A program made the translations under genes and the position numbers. Shown piece by piece: positions 61,501 through 64,000 of a DNA stretch of 64,000 bases (position 1 is the stretch's first letter; each line of letters opens with the position of its first letter). The stretch lies in contig NW_002060948.1 of the NCBI RefSeq assembly GCF_000150275.1, forward strand, positions 1,635,983 through 1,699,982. Reading direction: 5' to 3'. Origin of the DNA: Trichoplax adhaerens. Lineage: Eukaryota; Animalia; Placozoa. The notes under the pieces were generated by a model. The model had not been told where the DNA came from and did no database searches. It worked only from the letters and a program-made list of their open reading frames with translations.

Positions 61501-63252
61501 AGGATGGTCATGGTAAGTTGGTCATGATTGAACTGTGCTTGTTATGATCAAAGTATCAATTTTAATTGATTATTACTGTATTGTTTTACTTAAAATGCAT
61601 TGAATACATTAATTAGTGTGAAATATAAAGATGTTACCACTAGTACATACAGATCATACAGTACTCAGTATCTACAGTATGTAATATATTCTGCATTGTT
61701 TAATAAGTAAAAAGATTAAAACAGCTTAGACATTAATTTACCAATAAATTAATCTAGGTGTCAGAACAGGTAAATGCGATTTGTCAACCAAAACCTGTAA
61801 AATCTATGCTTGGTGCCCAATAGAAACTGATCAGCTAAAGTAAGATTATTAAAAACAATTCTTTTATTCTGTATATCAACTTTATGCCGACACAATAATT
61901 CAATATTAATTAAGTATTTTACTTACGCTAGATATCCCTTTCCTATTTTGGAAGATGCAAAAGATTTTACCTTATTAATTAAAAATTCTATTCAGTTTCC
62001 TAAATTTCAATACAGAAAGTAGGTACTAGGTTGCACTCTGGAGTATTGATATTGTCAAGAATCGTCTAGATGCATATAGGATAATCCGTCACCCGTTATC
62101 TAAAAGTCTTCAATGCATCTCTTTCTAGGCGAAATATTGCTAACGTATCTTCTGACTTCCTAAAGTCGTGCCGTTATAGCCCTAATAATGCTATGAGTAA
62201 GCTCTGTCCAATATTTACCATTGACTCCATCGTTAATGCTACTGGCGAATCTTTTAATCCGATCGCTTACCTGGTAATTTTTATTTAGTATTTGCTTTAA
62301 ACCGTTATATATGAGAGATTTGTATAAAAATTGCATTTCATGTTTCCATTAAACAGGGGGGTGTCATCGCAATATTAATTCGATGGGATTGCGACTTAGA
62401 CTTTGGCGATAGCAAGTGTCTACCTGAGTATACCTTTCAACGGTTTGTGTAATGTAAAATAAAATATGTTGCAGTGGTTAATCTTTCGTTACAACTTCTT
62501 TGTTCTTTGCCGTTCTTGGTTTACAATTTAGGCTAGATAATCCGAACGTTACACTGTCACCCGGATATAATTTCAGGTTTTAATAAATTGATTGTCTATT
62601 CCATGTCATATGTCTGATATTAACGCTTTTACAACTTTTTTTCATCAATTTCAAATTGATTCTTAGATTTCCCATTTACTATCAAATTGATAATACTCAG
62701 CACAGAACTTTGACGAAAGCTTACGGAATACGCTTTATTTTTATTGTTTTTGGACAGGTTAACAATACTTTTAGTATATTACAACTATTGTTTCAAAATT
62801 ACATCACTATATGCTAATTAATATATTGCCAGGCCGGGAAATTCAATATCGTGCCCCTGCTATTAAATCTTGGATCTGGTCTCGCACTGCTTTCTATTGT
62901 TAGAATTAGTCATAGCATTATATAGTTAACGCGATTATAGCTTAATTTTTAGATACTGACTCAATGATCACTTCGTGTTTATAACCATATCTGATAATAA
63001 CTTGCTTTCTTTACATTTGTTATAGGCTACTGTCCTTTGTGATATCATAGTGCTATACTTTATTAGAGGCCGAATGTACTATTATGGACACAAGTACGAA
63101 GTTATAGAGGAAGCCGATGAAGAATCTGTAAGCTTTGCCTTGCTGAGATAATAATACATTATTATAATTCAACGGTGTAAATTTATTGCAGTTGAATATC
63201 TTAATTACTTCAGGAATCGTTTATACAACCCGTGGAAAACAAACGACTTTGA
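58579..63252 (+). CDS. P2X purinoceptor (ATP-gated cation channel), about 13 visible exons; one exon apparently missing in the gap
   Basis: YNTAK (YxTxK), TM1 GILYRLVQLIIVGYVIG, YKKGYQ, TSKVKG, FVITNMIIT, GVRTGKC, AWCP, DFTLLIKNSIQFPKF, CPIF, WDCDLD, GYNFRF, RTLTKAYGIRF, TM2 AGKFNIVPLLLNLGSGLALL..ATVLCDIIVL and YxxxK. Stop at 63250-63252. Confidence 0.95.
58989..59038. other. Assembly gap (50 N)
   Basis: Run of N within P2X intron 2. Confidence 1.
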
Positions 63253-64000
63253 CTTTACTCTACTAAAGTCAATTATTATCATACAAATATTTCCGTACTA
63301 TACTTAGATATTGATTAAAAGAATTGGCAGATTCTTGAAAATTTTGTTAAGTCAAAATGAAATTTAATTTACTATATGATGTAATTTCTTATTTTGTTAT
63401 GTAGTAGTTTATCTCATCGAATTAATATTTTATCTATATACTCCTTTCAAGGTATTATAAATATCTTGTGCCAAATTATAGAATATATTTCAAACTGTAC
63501 TTTTATCTATAAATACATATACGGTACATTGCTTGTAGAATTAAGCGGATTTTGATTGCAAAACATTGTATAAATTGCTGTATTAATGCTTTGATACTTA
63601 TGCACTAACCCTTCTATGTACAAATATACATAATTGTTACAATTACTTTTAAAAACTAGTTATGCTTGTTACAAATGCTTTGCTAATATGCATAATGCAT
63701 TATAGATATTGCCTAAATAGTGCAATATTAACTATCTGCATATAAATTTTACGCTAATACATGACAGTTGCTGAACTTACATAGCTGTATTAAATGAAAT
63801 ACCTAGTCGCTTTAGAGCATAGAGACTACTAACGACTGTCTGGAATCGTTAACTATTAAATTACTAGCAATAGTAATACTATAATTTCAAAACGAATTAA
63901 ATTTAATTTGTAGTCCTGCGCTTAATGCTTTGAGTAGGCGTTGACCTATTTGGCTAGTAACTGACTAGTGTGCTGCTAACAAATGCTACCGCTACACCCC

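Overview
AT-rich eukaryotic (animal) genomic DNA with short GT-AG introns and one 50-N assembly gap. The gene set, compactness and base composition suggest an early-branching metazoan such as a placozoan (inference only). I reconstructed eleven genes by hand from splice signals and family motifs: PIGS (5'-partial, +), FBXL12-like (-), PIGL (+), YDJC (-), SGSM1/2-like RUN-TBC Rab-GAP (+), EXOSC9/RRP45 (-), a UDP-glycosyltransferase (+), FGGY carbohydrate kinase (-), HEATR5 (+), COX20 (-) and a P2X receptor (+). The ORF track misses COX20 entirely and most of P2X. All eleven genes alternate strand, giving five head-to-head pairs. The head-to-head intervals and early introns carry at least seven locus-specific tandem arrays (units of 36, 59, 95-103, 103, ~118, ~105-137 and 157/182 bp), plus clustered TACTGTA/TACAGTA and GTCCATG/CATGGAC words. 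The best candidate for an undescribed system is this promoter-proximal minisatellite/motif architecture. I found no CRISPR, rRNA, tRNA or autonomous transposon.
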